Below, one piece after another: positions 1 through 9,770 of a DNA stretch of 64,000 nt. The notes beneath the pieces are model-generated. The model did no database searches. It was not told where the DNA came from and saw nothing but the letters and a program-made list of their open reading frames with translations. Every line of letters starts with the position of its first letter. Positions within the stretch are counted from its first letter, which is position 1. This DNA is from Candidatus Fermentibacteraceae bacterium (lineage in GTDB: Bacteria; Fermentibacterota; Fermentibacteria; Fermentibacterales; JCC-6): positions 64,001 through 128,000 of the forward strand of contig JBGSZS010000009.1 in the NCBI GenBank assembly GCA_041750285.1, read 5' to 3'. Made by a program: the position numbers and the translations under genes.

Positions 1-147
1 TTCCGCGTACCTTACGTACTGGTGGGAATCATCATCCATGGGCCATGACCTGAAGTCCGTGGATGTGAAGGGTTCCCCTGCGACAAGCACGAAAAGCACC
101 CTTAGAATGGCCAGCACGAAAAGCACCGTGATGTGCCTCAGTGGCAT
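1..147 (-). CDS. GT-C membrane glycosyltransferase, N-terminus only (runs off left edge); paralogue of 173..1456
   Basis: Manual translation from ATG at 147: MPLRHITVLFVLAILRVLFVLVAGEPFTSTDFRSWPMDDDSHQYVRYAE, open to base 1. Aligns with IRIAIVFAVGNP...WTLDPDSHGYLAF of the neighbouring gene. Absent from the ORF track. Confidence 0.75.
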   Translation of the reverse strand, partial: MPLRHITVLFVLAILRVLFVLVAGEPFTSTDFRSWPMDDDSHQYVRYAE

Positions 148-172
148 GGATTCACTGCCTGGACCGGACACG

Positions 173-1456
173 TCACGCTTCCTTCACGCTGTTTGCAGTC
201 GAACCCCTGTCCATGAGGGCAAGGAGCGACCCCACGCCCGCCGCGGCAAGGACGGGGAAGAAGACCAGACCGTACCGGGGACCGGCGAGGGGCCCGTGAA
301 CCGGTATCATCACGATCATCCAGCCCGCCGCAAGCAGAAGCACAGGCATCATCCTGTCCCTGACGGACTTGATCAGAAACCCCGCCAGCAGACCCAGGGG
401 CATCATGAACAGAATGACCGCGGTGATCGCCTTGATGGGTGTTGACGCGGCATGGTTTTCGGGAAGACCGAAATACCTCAGGGTGTTCCCCACCCCGGTG
501 GAGAAAAAGCGCGTAAAGCTGGTCAAATGTGGCATGATCACAGCCAGGGGGTCTCTTCTGAACTCATGGATCGCCATGGATCGGTAGATTGAGCTTCTGA
601 GAGCGTAATCCGGACGCCCATCGGCAGTCGAGATGGCTTCGACACTGTCCTTCACCTGCGTAACGAACTCCAGCTGAGTAACCCTTCCCGTCAGTACCCA
701 CACCCTTCCCGCCTGCTCGTAGCCTTCCTGAGCCGAAACCGCGTCAAGACCAAACGATGATCTGTTGTGATGCCGAAGCAGCATGGGGCCGGCACCGGCG
801 AACACGGCCAGAGCAAGCAGGGCTGCCGATCGCACACCCCAATGCCTGAGCTTCAGGGCTGGTGTCAGAAGGGCGTATACGAAGGGAGCGAAAAGATACA
901 CCGGTTTTACAAGCACTCCGGCGCTGCAGACCAGCCCGATCAGGGCATGGAGAAGAACTACTTTCCTTGGATTTTCCGACCTGCACGCAAGAAGCCACAG
1001 AACTCCGGTGGCGGATGTTGCAAGCGCCAGCAGGGAGTCGGGCAGGATGCGGGAGGAAGTAATGAACACAGCCGGCAGAAGGGCATAGTAAACAGAAACA
1101 TACCAGCGTTTGCCGCCAAGCGCGCCTGAAAGGGACATCCCGATGAGTATGGCAGTTGCGAGATCGGCAGCCTGCTGGAGAAGGACTGAGGGCAGTGAAC
1201 TCCTTCCGGGTTCCGGTGAGGTTAGGGTGAGAAACACCGGGTAGCCGGGGGTCCTTGTAGATGCGCTGTCCTGTCTGCCATCGGCCAGGTCCCGGGAGAA
1301 GGCCAGATAGCCATGGGAGTCGGGGTCCAGGGTCCATCCATCCCAGACCGGTCTGTCGGACGGGTTTCCGACAGCGAAGACGATTGCGATCCTGATCGCC
1401 GCAACTGCGATAAGGGAAACCATGCCGGCCCATCGAAACGAAACCGATGACCTCAT
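173..1456 (-). CDS. GT-C superfamily (ArnT/PMT/GT39-like) polytopic membrane glycosyltransferase
   Basis: 427 aa, many TM segments; DSxxY, RTPGYPxFL, ILPDSL, KP and late PRY motifs typical of GT-C proteins in glycan loci. Confidence 0.75.
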   Translation of the reverse strand: MRSSVSFRWAGMVSLIAVAAIRIAIVFAVGNPSDRPVWDGWTLDPDSHGYLAFSRDLADGRQDSASTRTPGYPVFLTLTSPEPGRSSLPSVLLQQAADLATAILIGMSLSGALGGKRWYVSVYYALLPAVFITSSRILPDSLLALATSATGVLWLLACRSENPRKVVLLHALIGLVCSAGVLVKPVYLFAPFVYALLTPALKLRHWGVRSAALLALAVFAGAGPMLLRHHNRSSFGLDAVSAQEGYEQAGRVWVLTGRVTQLEFVTQVKDSVEAISTADGRPDYALRSSIYRSMAIHEFRRDPLAVIMPHLTSFTRFFSTGVGNTLRYFGLPENHAASTPIKAITAVILFMMPLGLLAGFLIKSVRDRMMPVLLLAAGWMIVMIPVHGPLAGPRYGLVFFPVLAAAGVGSLLALMDRGSTANSVKEA

Positions 1457-2745
1457 GACGGCTTCCCAGCCTCGTCAGTGACCTTGACGGCATCCTTCAG
1501 GGCTTTCCTGTACTTCCAGCACCGGCAGAAAGCCCCGAGACTGAAGAAAGCAAAAGTACCCCGTCTCAGCAGAGAATCCCCCCCGATGCTTACAAGGAGA
1601 ATGGCCACAGTGCCAAGGACCGCTGCGTATCCGATGTCGGCCACGAGCGAACCGCTGAAACTCAACCTGATGCCGCGTATGCAGCAGTAAACGAAATAGA
1701 AGTAGATGAAGAAACCGACCAGCCCCGTCTCCATGAGCAGCAGCGCAAAACCGCTGTGAGCAGCCAGGAAATAGCCAATCGTCCCGGTCCGCGCCTGACG
1801 GAAGGATGCCCATGAATCTATTCCCCATCCGAACAGGGGACGTTCACCGAACCCTTCCAGGGCAAGCTCGATGTTGTCCAGACGCATGCCGGCATCGGGA
1901 TTCTCGCTGAGCGTTCCCGTGCGGGCCGCGAAGGAAAGCTCCTGAATGCGTGAGACCATCCTCTCGGTCTGCGTGTTCTCGGGAAGCAGGGAGAAGGAAA
2001 GGACTCCAATGATCGCAACCAGTACGGCCCACCATGCCTTTCTCCGGTAGACCGCCAGAATGAAGATGTAGGCCGCGGTCGGGGTTCTCGCGCCCGTGAG
2101 GAAGGTTGCCACGGTCAGGAAGATCAGCGCCGCAACGCATAGAATCTTGTCCCGCCTTTTTTTTACCGAGTGAAGCAGCATCAGAAAGAAAGGCAGAAGA
2201 AGCAGACCGCTGCTGGCCGGAAGCTGGTAATGGGGCAGGGGGGCGAAAAGGGTTGCTCCTGCGAGCTGCGGGACCCAGGCAGGCATGTAAATCACGATGT
2301 TGTAGAAAAGCCCCGAACCCAGCGAGACCAAAAACCAGATCAGATGCTTTTGAGTGCCGTTCAGGAGTGTCGCGACGCAAAGCAGGAAGAACCCGAAATT
2401 GCCCACGTGCTCGAACAGGGTCTTGAAAGTGATCGCGCCGCTTAGAAGCACATGCGAGAACACGATGTACATCGCCAGGGTGAACCCTGATGCGAGTATG
2501 CGCGTGGCTTTCAGAAGTGAGATGGCGCTAACCACTGCCTTGTCGGATACGATGAGAAGCAGAAAGGCCAGAAAGGAGCGCATTCCCGATCCCAGCACCG
2601 GCACATCGATCTGGATGCCTGCCATCGTCATGAAGACGAGAATGTTGAACAGGATGAGCCTGGATCTTGATGACCCTTTTGATGTGAGCGCAAGATAGAC
2701 AATTATAGCTATGAATAGAATATAGAATATACCAGTCACCAGCAA
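1453..2745 (-). CDS. O-antigen ligase/polymerase family protein (Wzy_C domain)
   Basis: 430 aa multi-TM; TGARTP, RPLFGWG and AHSGFALLLMETGLVG motifs; ATGA overlap with the next gene. Confidence 0.8.
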   Translation of the reverse strand: MLVTGIFYILFIAIIVYLALTSKGSSRSRLILFNILVFMTMAGIQIDVPVLGSGMRSFLAFLLLIVSDKAVVSAISLLKATRILASGFTLAMYIVFSHVLLSGAITFKTLFEHVGNFGFFLLCVATLLNGTQKHLIWFLVSLGSGLFYNIVIYMPAWVPQLAGATLFAPLPHYQLPASSGLLLLPFFLMLLHSVKKRRDKILCVAALIFLTVATFLTGARTPTAAYIFILAVYRRKAWWAVLVAIIGVLSFSLLPENTQTERMVSRIQELSFAARTGTLSENPDAGMRLDNIELALEGFGERPLFGWGIDSWASFRQARTGTIGYFLAAHSGFALLLMETGLVGFFIYFYFVYCCIRGIRLSFSGSLVADIGYAAVLGTVAILLVSIGGDSLLRRGTFAFFSLGAFCRCWKYRKALKDAVKVTDEAGKPS

Positions 2746-2755
2746 TAACCGCCGA

Positions 2756-3853
2756 TCAATTCCAAGGATGGCTGTTGAGTCGGGACATCAGGACCGACGT
2801 CACGACTTCTGACACATCCTCTCTCATGTACTCGGGGGGAGGGGTCCAGATTCGGGGTGAATCAACGGCTTTTTGGACGCATCTCAGTACCTGATCAGGG
2901 ACGACGCCTGAGAGGATGTTGCTTCCGCATTCGATGGTTTCAGGCCTTTCAGTGACATCCCGAATGGTCACGTTCGGCGTCCGGAAGATGCAGCACTCCT
3001 CCTGGACGGTACCGCTGTCAGTCAGGACACACCGGGCATTTCTCTCGAGCCTGATGAAGTCAAAGAATCCGAAGGGCTCCATGAACCTGATCATCGCGTT
3101 ATCGGGGAGGGACCCCATTGCCTTCAGGCGGGCCCTGGTCCTCGGATGAACACTGACGATCACAGGAAGCCCGTACTTCTCCTGAATCAGGACGAGAGAC
3201 TTCAGGATGTCGGCGAGCCGCGTTTCCACGTCGACATTCTCCGCCCTGTGGGCCGTCACGAGAAAGTAACCCCCGGGTGAAAGACCGAGCCGCTCGAGGA
3301 TCCCTGATGATTCTATGGACTCCCCATGCCTCATTATCACCTCGAGCACCGGGTTCCCGGTGACGATTATCCTCTCTCCCGGATACCCCTCTCTCAGCAG
3401 GTTTTCCCTGCTCCTTGCCGTGTAGGGCATCAGAACATCGCTGCACGTGTCCACGATTCGCCGGTTAATCTCTTCGGGAACCCTGTCGTCAAAGCACCTG
3501 TTCCCGGCCTCCATGTGGAAGACGGGAATTCCCATCCTCTTCGCGATGTACACGGACAACGCGCTGTTCGTGTCACCCAGGACGAGAACACGGTCCGGCC
3601 TGGATTCGCCGAAGGCTCTCTCGCATCCTTCCAGAATGCCGCCGATCTGACGCCCGGGGCTGGAGGTGTCGACTCCGAGAAAACAGTCGGGCTTCCGGAC
3701 CCCGAGTTCCCGGAAGAAGACATCGCTGAGCCCGGGGTCAGAGTTCTGCCCGGTGTGGATCAGTCTGTGATCACACAATCCGTCGAGTTTGCCGATGATC
3801 ACGGACAACCTGATTATCTCGGGTCTTGTTCCGAGAACCGTGGTGATCTTCAC
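2756..3853 (-). CDS. wecB: UDP-N-acetyl-hexosamine 2-epimerase, non-hydrolysing (WecB family; FnlC/QnlB/WbjD-like)
   Basis: GTRPEII, HTGQ, LGDTNS, HMEAGNR, VPEEINR, TDSGTVQEE, TERPE motifs. Confidence 0.92.
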   Translation of the reverse strand: MKITTVLGTRPEIIRLSVIIGKLDGLCDHRLIHTGQNSDPGLSDVFFRELGVRKPDCFLGVDTSSPGRQIGGILEGCERAFGESRPDRVLVLGDTNSALSVYIAKRMGIPVFHMEAGNRCFDDRVPEEINRRIVDTCSDVLMPYTARSRENLLREGYPGERIIVTGNPVLEVIMRHGESIESSGILERLGLSPGGYFLVTAHRAENVDVETRLADILKSLVLIQEKYGLPVIVSVHPRTRARLKAMGSLPDNAMIRFMEPFGFFDFIRLERNARCVLTDSGTVQEECCIFRTPNVTIRDVTERPETIECGSNILSGVVPDQVLRCVQKAVDSPRIWTPPPEYMREDVSEVVTSVLMSRLNSHPWN

Positions 3854-4917
3854 CTCAGCAACTCCCCTGAGGCTGACCCGATCTGGTCCGGCATGAGTTC
3901 ATGGCGCAGGAGAAGGCTTTTGAGCTGGTCACGGCTCACCAGCGAGTCGGCGGAGCTGTATTCGCGTCCGATGCAGACTCCTTCGATCCCGGTTGTCCTT
4001 ACCTCGGGAAGTATCGATCCAATGGCGAAGAAGCGTTCCCCTTTTTCCGTGGTGCGTCCCGCTTCCTCCTCGGAGACCAGTATCTCGTGCACTTTCTCAC
4101 CCGGGCGGATCCCTGTTACCTTTGTCGATATGGGTCTGCCGTCGATCAGGACCTCTGCCAGATCTGTCATCCTGGCCGATGGCACCCTCGGTATCCAGGT
4201 CTCACCGGGTGCGCCGTCCTTCACCGCGGCAAAAACCGTGTCGACGGCATCATCGAGACTCAGGAGGAATCTGGTCATATCCCTTGTGGTTATCGTTACC
4301 GGCCCTCCTGAGCGGATCTGGCTGAGGAACAGCGGAATGACCGAACCCCTCGATGCGAGAACATTTCCGTAACGGACGCAAATGAAACGGGTCGAGGGGT
4401 TTCTCATGTTGCCCTGAAGGAAGAGCCTCTCCTGGATAGCCTTTGTCATGCCCATGACATTGACAGGTTTGCAGGCTTTGTCGGTGGATATGCCGACCAC
4501 GGTCTCCACGGGGAGTCTGTGCTCCTGTATTGCCCTGACGATGTTCTCGGGGCCGGCGATGTTTGTCTGAACAGCTTCGAACGGAAAGTACTCACACGTG
4601 GGGACCTGTTTCAAGGCTGCCGCGCTGAAAACGACATCCACATCACAGAGTACCGAAGAAATGGAATGAAAATCCCTCACATCGCCGATGCGGAACTCAA
4701 GCAGCCTTCGGAAATTGTCGTAGACGATCTCGTCGGTGGCTTCGGAGCGGTTCGCGTAGGAAACCCTCATTTCGTGCTGTTTCGCCTCGTCCCGTGAGAA
4801 CACGATCACTTTGGACGGCATGCCCATCTCACCTGAGAGCAGCCTTCTTACCAGCACCTTCCCGAGGGAGCCGGTGCCTCCCGTGACAAGAAGCCTTTTA
4901 CCTTCGAAAGGGGACAT
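3850..4917 (-). CDS. fnlA: UDP-GlcNAc 4,6-dehydratase/epimerase (FnlA/CapE/WbjB-like, Polysacc_synt_2)
   Basis: TGGTGSLG, FSRDEAKQ, AALKQVPTCE, STDKA, RYGNVLASRGSVIP, GIRPGEK; start set at MSPFEGK. Confidence 0.85.
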   Translation of the reverse strand: MSPFEGKRLLVTGGTGSLGKVLVRRLLSGEMGMPSKVIVFSRDEAKQHEMRVSYANRSEATDEIVYDNFRRLLEFRIGDVRDFHSISSVLCDVDVVFSAAALKQVPTCEYFPFEAVQTNIAGPENIVRAIQEHRLPVETVVGISTDKACKPVNVMGMTKAIQERLFLQGNMRNPSTRFICVRYGNVLASRGSVIPLFLSQIRSGGPVTITTRDMTRFLLSLDDAVDTVFAAVKDGAPGETWIPRVPSARMTDLAEVLIDGRPISTKVTGIRPGEKVHEILVSEEEAGRTTEKGERFFAIGSILPEVRTTGIEGVCIGREYSSADSLVSRDQLKSLLLRHELMPDQIGSASGELLR

Positions 4918-5812
4918 GCCATCCTCTCCATTCATCGTATTGATACAGGTCCTCACGGAGTGAGGCAATCATATCATCCATTCCGGGAATATCGACTCCG
5001 AACCGCGAACGAAACTCTGTGGCAAGGAGGCTCCTGTCTTCGGCCGGTTCCGGAGTTGGAACGACATCAATGCCAAGGTCGAGCGCACGGTTGATCCTTC
5101 CCAGAAGGTCATGCTTCGAAACCGGCTCTGAAGCCACATGAAAGAGCCCTTCGCTGCGGGGGTGAAGAGAGATCAGACTGCCGACGATCTCTGACAGTGC
5201 CAGGGTTGTCACCCCGCTCCAATAAACATTGCTGAATCCGCGGACCGAGCCGTTCCTGTTGGAAAGGAACCACTCCAGAAGCCCGGTCGTGCGCTGCAGT
5301 TCACGCCCTATTATGGATGTCCGGAGTGTGAGGCAACCGCTCCGGAAAGGCTCTCCAAGAGCTTTCGACCTTCCATAGAGATCAGTGGCGTCAGGCGGGT
5401 CGGTTTCGGTGTAGCTTCCGCGCATGCCGGAGAAGACACAATCCGTTCCGATGTGGATCAGCCAGACGCCCCGCTGCCCGCATGAATCGGCAAGCCTGTG
5501 GGGGAAAAGGGAGTTGAGCTCGATGGCGGTCGCCGGGTTGCTGCCTTCGGAACGCTGCTTGATCATCCCGATGCAGTTCACCACAACCTGCGGCCTGACA
5601 CGGTCGAGACACCCCTCAACGGTTTCGAACTTCCGGGCATCCACTCCGAATTGCAGCTGTTCGGTGCTGAACCCGGAGTAGAACCCCTGCGGATTCAGGT
5701 TCTCGCCTGCTCCGGTCCTGACGGTGGCGAATGTCTCGAAAGAGCGTGAAAGGACCTGGAACATTCTGTGGCCGAGCATTCCGCTTCCGCCCATGACAAG
5801 AATCCGATTCAA
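4898..5812 (-). CDS. RmlD-like SDR NDP-4-keto-6-deoxysugar reductase (QnlA/WbvR-like)
   Basis: GGSGMLG, TDCVFSG, YGRSKALGE, RTSIIG motifs; TTG start with GGAGG RBS. Confidence 0.85.
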   Translation of the reverse strand: MNRILVMGGSGMLGHRMFQVLSRSFETFATVRTGAGENLNPQGFYSGFSTEQLQFGVDARKFETVEGCLDRVRPQVVVNCIGMIKQRSEGSNPATAIELNSLFPHRLADSCGQRGVWLIHIGTDCVFSGMRGSYTETDPPDATDLYGRSKALGEPFRSGCLTLRTSIIGRELQRTTGLLEWFLSNRNGSVRGFSNVYWSGVTTLALSEIVGSLISLHPRSEGLFHVASEPVSKHDLLGRINRALDLGIDVVPTPEPAEDRSLLATEFRSRFGVDIPGMDDMIASLREDLYQYDEWRGWHVPFRR

Positions 5813-5971
5813 TCATCCTCCAATGACAGGCCTCGGTGATCAGGGCTTCGAGGGCGGGGGGGGTTTCAGCCTGAACTGACTTGAAACGATGCAGGCACCC
5901 GGGAATCCCGAGAGATTATATTCCAGCCCGTGCGCATTGCATACCCCGCTCTTCACGGGAGGTTGATCCCC

Positions 5972-7195
5972 TTGCCCGACCGAAGGCTCATTGCGATATC
6001 GTTCGCCTACCCGCCCGAAATGTCCGCAATGTCCATCCTTGTCTGGAGGCTCCTCCGCCACTGCGGGACCAGGTTCGTCGTAATCTGCGGGTCCCGGGGC
6101 CTGGAACCAGACCCCGGGCTCGCTGCAATCGCAGGGGATGGAGCGGACTCCATCCGACCCGTACCGTTCAGGGAGCATCCCCTTCACCTTCTTGCCCGAA
6201 GGGCTCTTCACAGTACTCCTCTGGTGCGCATGCTGGAAATCCCGGACATCTACCGTTCCTGGGTGCCGGGGGCAACGGCAGCCGCTGCTTCCTTTCAGCC
6301 GGGAGCATCAGACGTGCTTGCAACCTTTGCATCACCCATGAGCGGTCACCTCGCCGGTCTCTCCATGAGACGCATGTATCCGGATATCCCCTGGATCGCA
6401 TACTTCGGAGATCCATGGGTCACGAATCCCATGATCAGAAGGGGATTCGTCTCCAGGCTCGTCAACCGGCAAATGGAGGGCGCGGTCGTTCAGAGCGCCG
6501 ATCTGCTCGTATTCCCCTGTGAAGAGATGAGCGAACTGACCCTGCGCGGTTACGGCACCTCCATCAGAAGGAAGTCCCGGGTCGTTCCGCACGGATTCGA
6601 AGAATCACTGTACCCGGCGGATCCCGTGGAAGGTGATTCAGGGAAGCTCATAATCAGGCATGTGGGAAGCCTTTACGGTTCACGGACTCATTCGGACCTT
6701 ATCGACGCGCTGCGACTGCTCGTCAGGGAAAGACCGGATCTCACGGACAGGCTCCGTTTCGAGTTCTTCGGCTACCACCAGTCGTACCCGGACGTTTCCG
6801 AGTTTCCTCCGGGGCTCGTGAACTTCAATCCAGCCGTGGATTATCTTGAAAGCCTCAGACTGATGCGGACAGCGCACGGGCTTCTCGTCATCACCCCCTC
6901 CGAACCGGAATCGGGCGCCTTCCTCCCGTCGAAACTCATCGACTACACAGGCGCCCGCAGACCGATCATCGGGGTCTGCCGGCCGGGAGCCTGCACATCG
7001 CTCATCGAAAGACTTGGCGGGTGGGTTTCCACGACCGGTGATCCCATGGCTCTTGCAGTCAACATCCGCAGTCTCGCGGCTTACCTCGGGTCCACCGATT
7101 CTTCGGGTTCCTGGGGCAATGAAACCGTCAGATCCAGGTATTCCGCAGAAAATGCGGGCCGGGTCTTCTCCGGATTGATCGAGGAACTGCCCTGA
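5972..7195 (+). CDS. Glycosyltransferase family 4 (GT-B)
   Basis: ISFAYPP, WIAYFGDPW, VVPHGFE, HVGSLY, LPSKLIDY motifs. TTG 5972 follows GGGAGG; the ORF is open from 5930. Confidence 0.85.
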   Translation: MPDRRLIAISFAYPPEMSAMSILVWRLLRHCGTRFVVICGSRGLEPDPGLAAIAGDGADSIRPVPFREHPLHLLARRALHSTPLVRMLEIPDIYRSWVPGATAAAASFQPGASDVLATFASPMSGHLAGLSMRRMYPDIPWIAYFGDPWVTNPMIRRGFVSRLVNRQMEGAVVQSADLLVFPCEEMSELTLRGYGTSIRRKSRVVPHGFEESLYPADPVEGDSGKLIIRHVGSLYGSRTHSDLIDALRLLVRERPDLTDRLRFEFFGYHQSYPDVSEFPPGLVNFNPAVDYLESLRLMRTAHGLLVITPSEPESGAFLPSKLIDYTGARRPIIGVCRPGACTSLIERLGGWVSTTGDPMALAVNIRSLAAYLGSTDSSGSWGNETVRSRYSAENAGRVFSGLIEELP

Positions 7196-7212
7196 AATCA
7201 AGCAACCCCGAA

Positions 7213-8601
7213 GTGAACGCATCGTCACGTCACCCCGCCCCGCACCGGAGCATTGCGGTCACCTTTACGGGGAACGTGATGGCGTTCCTTGCAGCGCTTG
7301 CGGGTGGAATGATCACGGCCAGGGCACTCGGACCGGCAGGCCGCGGAGCATTCGCCCTGCTTCACACAACGCCTGATCTGATAATCAGTTTCGTTCTCAT
7401 GGGAATAGTTCAGACGAACGTCTGTTTCGTTTCACAGGGAATCATCCCCTCGCGCAGGATGCTAGGTGTCGCCTCAATTGCAGCCCTTTTTCAGTCTGCC
7501 GCGGGATTCCTGCTTTTCGCGGCGGCCGCCGTTTTCTTCAGGCAGCAGTTCTTCGGTGAATCGAGCCTTACGCTCATCGCAATGTCTGCCGCCCTGATCC
7601 CACTGGGGATACTTCAGGCGCACTGGTCTTCACTTCTGGGAGCCCTGAAGCAGTTCAAACGGCTTGCTTTCCTTCGGGCGGCGGCTCCCTTCATCCTGGT
7701 GTTCGGCTATCTGATCCTTCTCGTGGTATTCAGGCTTGGTGTGGGCGGCGGCCTTGCTGCGGTCCTTTTTTCATCGATTGCGGTTGCATCACTGATGCTT
7801 TTCAGCCTCATCGTCTTCGCCAGGACGAAAAGGGATGGCGCGGGTGGTCACACCGAGACCCTCCTGTGCGATGGATTCTGGAAAAGGTACCTGACTTACG
7901 GCATCAAGCTTCACGCTTCGGCTCTCATGTGGTTTCTGATAATCAAGGTCGACATCTACATGATAAAGTACTTCCTCGACATCGAGTCAGTGGGCTATTT
8001 CTCGCTGGCATCGAGCCTGGCCGAGAAACTCTGGCTTGTGACAACGTCAGCCAACACCGTGCTGCTTCCTTCCCTGGCCTCGATAGCGGACCCTGGCGAA
8101 AGGGCCAGGATGGCGGCGCGAGCCTCGCGACAGATCACGATAATCCTCCTTCCGTTCTTCTTTCTGGGGCTCTTTCTTGGAAAACCCCTGATAATGCTTC
8201 TCTACGGAAGCGAATTCGAGCCTTCAGCTGTTCCGTTCGTGATCCTGCTTGGGTCCACTCTCGTGCAGGCCCACAGGTCGATCACGGCAAGCTTCTTCGA
8301 AAGCTCGGACCTTGCCCTTGTCAACGTGGCAACCAGGGCGGCAGCCTTTCTTTTGAAGATCCTCCTCAACATCGCACTGATCCCGGCGCTTCTCATGCAG
8401 GGCGCCGCCCTGTCGAGCCTTCTGGCCTATTCCTTCGAGTGGTACCTTGGCACGCGGGTGTTTCTGGGAAAGAACGGCCTGAGATGGCGGGATTCGATTC
8501 CCGCCTTCTCGGACGCAGCGACTGTCTACTCGAAACTCAAGGGATTGGTTCGCAACCCTTTGAGATCAGCCGGATCTCCCGGTGAAGGCAAACCGTCATG
8601 A
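7213..8601 (+). CDS. wzx: Oligosaccharide flippase (Wzx/MOP family)
   Basis: 462 aa, about 12 TM; ARALGPAGRG, KVDIYMI, VGYFSLA, LNIALIP...GAA motifs. Confidence 0.85.
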   Translation: MNASSRHPAPHRSIAVTFTGNVMAFLAALAGGMITARALGPAGRGAFALLHTTPDLIISFVLMGIVQTNVCFVSQGIIPSRRMLGVASIAALFQSAAGFLLFAAAAVFFRQQFFGESSLTLIAMSAALIPLGILQAHWSSLLGALKQFKRLAFLRAAAPFILVFGYLILLVVFRLGVGGGLAAVLFSSIAVASLMLFSLIVFARTKRDGAGGHTETLLCDGFWKRYLTYGIKLHASALMWFLIIKVDIYMIKYFLDIESVGYFSLASSLAEKLWLVTTSANTVLLPSLASIADPGERARMAARASRQITIILLPFFFLGLFLGKPLIMLLYGSEFEPSAVPFVILLGSTLVQAHRSITASFFESSDLALVNVATRAAAFLLKILLNIALIPALLMQGAALSSLLAYSFEWYLGTRVFLGKNGLRWRDSIPAFSDAATVYSKLKGLVRNPLRSAGSPGEGKPS

Positions 8602-9770
8602 AGGGGTCCGTCTGCCTGGTCGGGGGGGGGATCAGGACTCTTCTAGGCACATCCGATGGCGGATCGGAAAGACAGATCGCCCTCATAGCCGATGAACTGG
8701 CCGCCAGAGGAAACGATGTCAGTCTTGTCGTACCCGGACTCCGGGATGGGATCAGAATACGCAGAATCAACGTGCTGCCGGGATGGAAGGACGGAAATGC
8801 CTGGCCCCGGGGTCTGAGATTCTTCGCGCACAGGCTTCCCGGGTTGAAGCGGGTCATTGCCGGCCTCGAGCCGGACCTTCTGTACACCAGGGGCTTCTCG
8901 CTGTTCGCGCCGGCGGTCGCCTCGGTCGCCGCGAGAACGGGCGCGACTTACCTCGCGGCGCTGGCCTGCGACGACGACCTTCGGACAAGGGCACTCAGCC
9001 GCCCCCTGGGGATCGCGCAACGGGCGGGGTACGGTTTTGCGGCCCGGGCCTTCTTCATCAGGTACGCCCTGAGAAAGGCAAGTCTGGTGCTTTCCCAGCA
9101 TGGAGGACAGGCCGTCGTTTGTGACAGGATGGGCATTCCCTCACGCACGGTGAGGAATGTCTTCTGCCCGCCGGCAATCGTTCCCGAAGCCCGGAAGGTC
9201 TTCGATATCGCTTGGGTCGGCCACATTTCCGAATTCAAGGGCTTTGACAGACTTCTTCATATCCTGGAACGGACAAAGGGGCTGAGGGTTGCTGTCGCCG
9301 GGGCTGTTCAGGGCGGGAGGAACAACCGCTTGCTTGAAGCCGCGGCCAACGTTCGGGATCTCGAGTACATGGGTGAGTTGCCTCACGCAGAAATACTGGA
9401 GCTCATGTCGTGTTCAAGTGTTCTTTTGAACACTTCGCCTGCGGAAGGTTTTCCAAACACATTTCTTGAAGCATGGTACCTTGAACGGCCTGTCGTCAGT
9501 CTTGTGTCGGATCCGGACGGATTGCTTTCAGGAGGTGAACCCCTCGGTTTCTGCGGAAATGGAAGTGTCCCTGCGACTGCGGAAGCCCTGCTGAGGTTGT
9601 GCGCAGACCCGGTGTGCAGGCTTCAAATGGGTATGAGAGGCAGGTCACATGTGGAGCGGCATCACCTTGTGAAGGCGGTCGTCGATTCACTTGAAACGGC
9701 CTGGGAGTCATCCCGTTGTTTCTCGAAGGTCCCTGCAAGGCACTCCCACCCTGAAGCCGGACGGGCGTAA
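8598..9770 (+). CDS. Glycosyltransferase family 4
   Basis: GGSERQ, WVGHISEFKG, TSPAEGFPNTFLEAW motifs; G9 tract at 8622-8630. Confidence 0.9.
   Translation: MKGSVCLVGGGIRTLLGTSDGGSERQIALIADELAARGNDVSLVVPGLRDGIRIRRINVLPGWKDGNAWPRGLRFFAHRLPGLKRVIAGLEPDLLYTRGFSLFAPAVASVAARTGATYLAALACDDDLRTRALSRPLGIAQRAGYGFAARAFFIRYALRKASLVLSQHGGQAVVCDRMGIPSRTVRNVFCPPAIVPEARKVFDIAWVGHISEFKGFDRLLHILERTKGLRVAVAGAVQGGRNNRLLEAAANVRDLEYMGELPHAEILELMSCSSVLLNTSPAEGFPNTFLEAWYLERPVVSLVSDPDGLLSGGEPLGFCGNGSVPATAEALLRLCADPVCRLQMGMRGRSHVERHHLVKAVVDSLETAWESSRCFSKVPARHSHPEAGRA

Noticed and set aside
86..127. 15-bp direct repeat AGCACGAAAAGCACC, two copies
   Set aside because: Encodes VLFVL twice in the TM helix of the partial GT-C gene; only two copies, so not a CRISPR or att site.
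5917..5932. TATATT 7 nt before GTG 5930, as another leaderless start
   Set aside because: A TTG at 5972 with GGGAGG fits the GT4 N-terminus better.
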